From: Balanoglossus misakiensis
Lineage: Eukaryota > Animalia > Hemichordata
Assembly (NCBI GenBank): GCA_040954595.2
Contig: CM082589.2
Span: forward strand, 7,944,232 to 8,008,231
DNA length: 64,000 nucleotides
Direction: 5' to 3'
Under the pieces are notes generated by a model. It was not told the origin of the DNA, did no database searches, and was given only the letters and a program-made list of their open reading frames with translations. Below, in pieces: positions 61,112 to 64,000 of the stretch; position 1 is the stretch's first letter; each line of letters opens with the position of its first letter. Both the position numbers and the translations under genes were made by a program.

Positions 61112-64000
61112 GAACCACGACACACATGACGAGAGAATGCCGTAGGACAAGACAGAGGCAAGACAGAGACGCGGCAAAGACAAGTAAAGACGAAGACGCG
61201 CTAGATGCGGACGAACATTCATTTTGTTTTTCTGTAAGTCATGAGAAGTTATGTAATTGTGAAGCTAAGCAGCATAGTTTGTTAGTAGATTGTGGAGCAA
61301 CTACTCATATAATTAAGGATAAATTCAAATTTGTAAGTTTCGAGACAAATTTCGATAGCAGAAAACACACGATAGAGCTGGCGGACGGTAGCCAGAGTAA
61401 TGATGTTGTTAAGGGTAGAGGAAATGCGAAAGTTGCTTTGTATGATGTAAATGGTCGATCTCACGATTATATTCTAGAGAATGCTTTGTATGTACCATCC
61501 TATCAACAAGATATTTTTTCTGTTCAATCTGCAACAGGTACTGGGGCGTCAGTAAGTTTTTACCCCAATGGTGCTCATATGAAAGTAAAAGGCACTACGT
61601 TTGATATTGAGAAACATGGAAGATTGTATTTCTTGAACAAAGTCTCCTGTAAAACGGCATCTAGATCACTGAAAGATTGGCATAAAATAATGGGCCACTG
61701 TAATATTAAAGATATAATCAGTTTAGAGGGTGTATCCAAAGGTTTCAAAATAAGCGATAAAGAAAAATTCGATTGTGATACATGTATTCAGGGCAAAATA
61801 TGACTCAAACGTGTAATAGAGTTGCCGATAAACGTGCCACCAACCCCATGGAGTTTGTACACTGTGATTTAGCAGGGCCAATTGATCCTGTTGCAAGAGA
61901 TGGTTTCAAATATGCTCTTTGTTTTACCGATGATTATTCGGGTGCAGTTTTTGTGTATTTTCTTAAGAACAAGAGTGATACCATTATCGCCACAGAAAGA
62001 TTTTTGGCTCAGAGTGCACCTTATGGTGTGATTAAGAGGCTGAGAAGTGACAACGGGACTGAATTCACCTCAGACAAATTTAGATCTCTTATGATTGAGA
62101 ATAAAATTTGTCAGGAGTTTTCAGCACCATATTCACCACACCAAAATGGTACAGTAGAGCGAAGTTGGCGTACACTTTTTGAAATGGGCAGATGTATGTT
62201 GTTAGAGTCCAAACTTCCCAAGAAGTTCTGGACATATGCAGTAATGGCTGCCGCCTATACACGAAACAGATGTTATAACCATAGGAAAAGAATGACCCCT
62301 TTCCAATGTATAACAGGCAAGAAACCTAATTTGAGTAATCTGAATCCATTTGGATCTGTGTGTTATGCATATGTACAAGTTAACTCAAAACTTTATCCGA
62401 GATGTATGAAGGGTATTTTTGTAGCGTATGACAAAGAAAGCCCGGCATACTTGGTGTATTTTAAAGAAGATAATTCTGTAAGAAGAGTAAGATGTGTCAA
62501 ATTTGTACAAGAGTTAAGTGATAACGAGAATGTGTATGATGATGAAGTGATATTCAGGAAAGATGTCACAGATAGCACAGAGAGATTAAAGCCGAGGGCA
62601 TAGGCACAGAAGCTAAAAACACACAGGATGTTGATAAGGGGGTTGTACCAGATGATGGTCAAATTTCGAGTTCAAGTAGTAAAGAAAACTTGGACGATGT
62701 AACACAAAAGTAAGGAGAGGTTAAGACTAGACCTATAAGAATTTCTAGAAGGCCAGAGTATCTCAAAGATTATGTAACAGTCATGGAAGATGGTGAGAGA
62801 TATATTCATTATTGTTACAAAATGTGTCATGTACCTCAAACTTATCAGGAAGCTGTTAATTCACCTGATAAACGTAAGTGGGAGAAAGCAATGGATGACG
62901 AAATGTCATCACTAAGAGAGAATGATACGTTTGATTTGGTAAAATTGCCAAAAGACCAAAATGTAGTAGGAGGTAAATGGGTTTATAATATTAAAATGAA
63001 TCCAGATGGAACTGAGAAATATAAGGCACGATTTGTTGCTAAGGGGTTTTCTCAGAAACAAGATGTTGATTATCATGAAACATTTGCACCAACAGCTCAG
63101 ATGACATCAGTAAGAATGTTAATGCAATTAGCAATGAATGAAGGTCTTACTGTACATCAGATGGATGTTAAGACGGCCTATTTACATGCTCCCCTTGACT
63201 GTGTAATTTATATGGAACAACCAAATGGTTATGTAACTAGTAACAAGGAAGATATGGTTCTTAAACTTAAGAAATCACTGTATGGCCTGAAACAAAGTGG
63301 TAGAATGTGGAACCAGATGTTACACACTCATCTGATCAATGAGGGTTTTCAACAGTCTTTAGTCGACTACTGTGTGTACACAAAAGAGAGTAACGGTAAT
63401 AAGATCATCATAATTATTTGGGTTGATGACATCATTGTAGCAGCCAACAATGATACCGCTTTAATAGAATGTAAAGCATCATTGAATCAGAAATTCAATA
63501 TGAAAGATATGGAAGTTTTATCATGGTTTCTCGCAGTTGAATTTGAATGGGGTAAAGATTGTATTGTAATGAAACAGACAAAAAGTGTAAATGACAAGTT
63601 ACAGAGATTTGAAATGAGTGATTGTAAACCCAAAAGTACACCTTGTGATCCAGGCGCTTGTAAAGCCATGAATGAACCATCACCAGAGCTGGTATATCGA
63701 AGGTTGTATAGAGAGATAGTTGGGAGTTTAATTTATTTAATGACAACAACAAGGCCAGATATTTCGTTTATTGTGACAAAATTATCACAGTTTATGTCCA
63801 GGCCGACAGAAATGCATTTCAACATGGCAAAGCATGTTCTGAGATATTTAAAGGGTACTAAACACTTTGGGTTGAAATACTGTAGATCAAATACTGAACC
63901 AACTCTAATAGGTTACTGTGATTCAGACTGGGCGGGTTCAGATGATAGAAAAAGTATCTCAGGTTATGCATTTTCCTTAAGCAAGGGTGGACCACTTATC
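61112..64000 (+). mobile_element. Ty1/Copia LTR retrotransposon pol (PR-INT-RT-RNase H), 5'-truncated and degenerate; continues beyond the window
   Basis: LVDCGATTH (protease), WHKIMGH..CDTC, HCDLAGP..RSDNGTEF..PHQNGTVER (integrase), GGKWVY..YKARFVAKG..HQMDVKTAYL..WVDDII (RT) and GYCDSDWAG (RNase H). Integrase precedes RT. Frameshift near 61800 and stops near 62603 and 62712. Confidence 0.96.

Overview
Eukaryotic, intron-rich and AT-rich DNA, most likely from a marine invertebrate (inference; the species cannot be determined from sequence alone). The left 31 kb is a tightly packed housekeeping cluster of three head-to-head pairs: an FG-nucleoporin (-) with an Academ-transposase-derived spliced ORF (+); GNL2 (-) with PEX3 (+); and CENP-W (-) with an RFX-like winged-helix / P-element-transposase-derived gene (+). 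The intron of that last gene holds a four-level nest of DNA transposons. At 34.2-50.3 kb, a five-copy tandem array of the upstream region of a VWD/EGF (VWDE-like) membrane protein gene is interleaved with a LINE fragment and forms a 7.37-kb dimeric higher-order repeat. The VWDE-like gene spans 50.3-59.7 kb and a degenerate Copia pol runs off the right end. Many non-autonomous elements have readable TIRs and TSDs, notably a TAG...CTA / 9-bp-TSD (AcademH-type) group. All gene models were spliced by eye, and family names come from motif recognition, not database searches.
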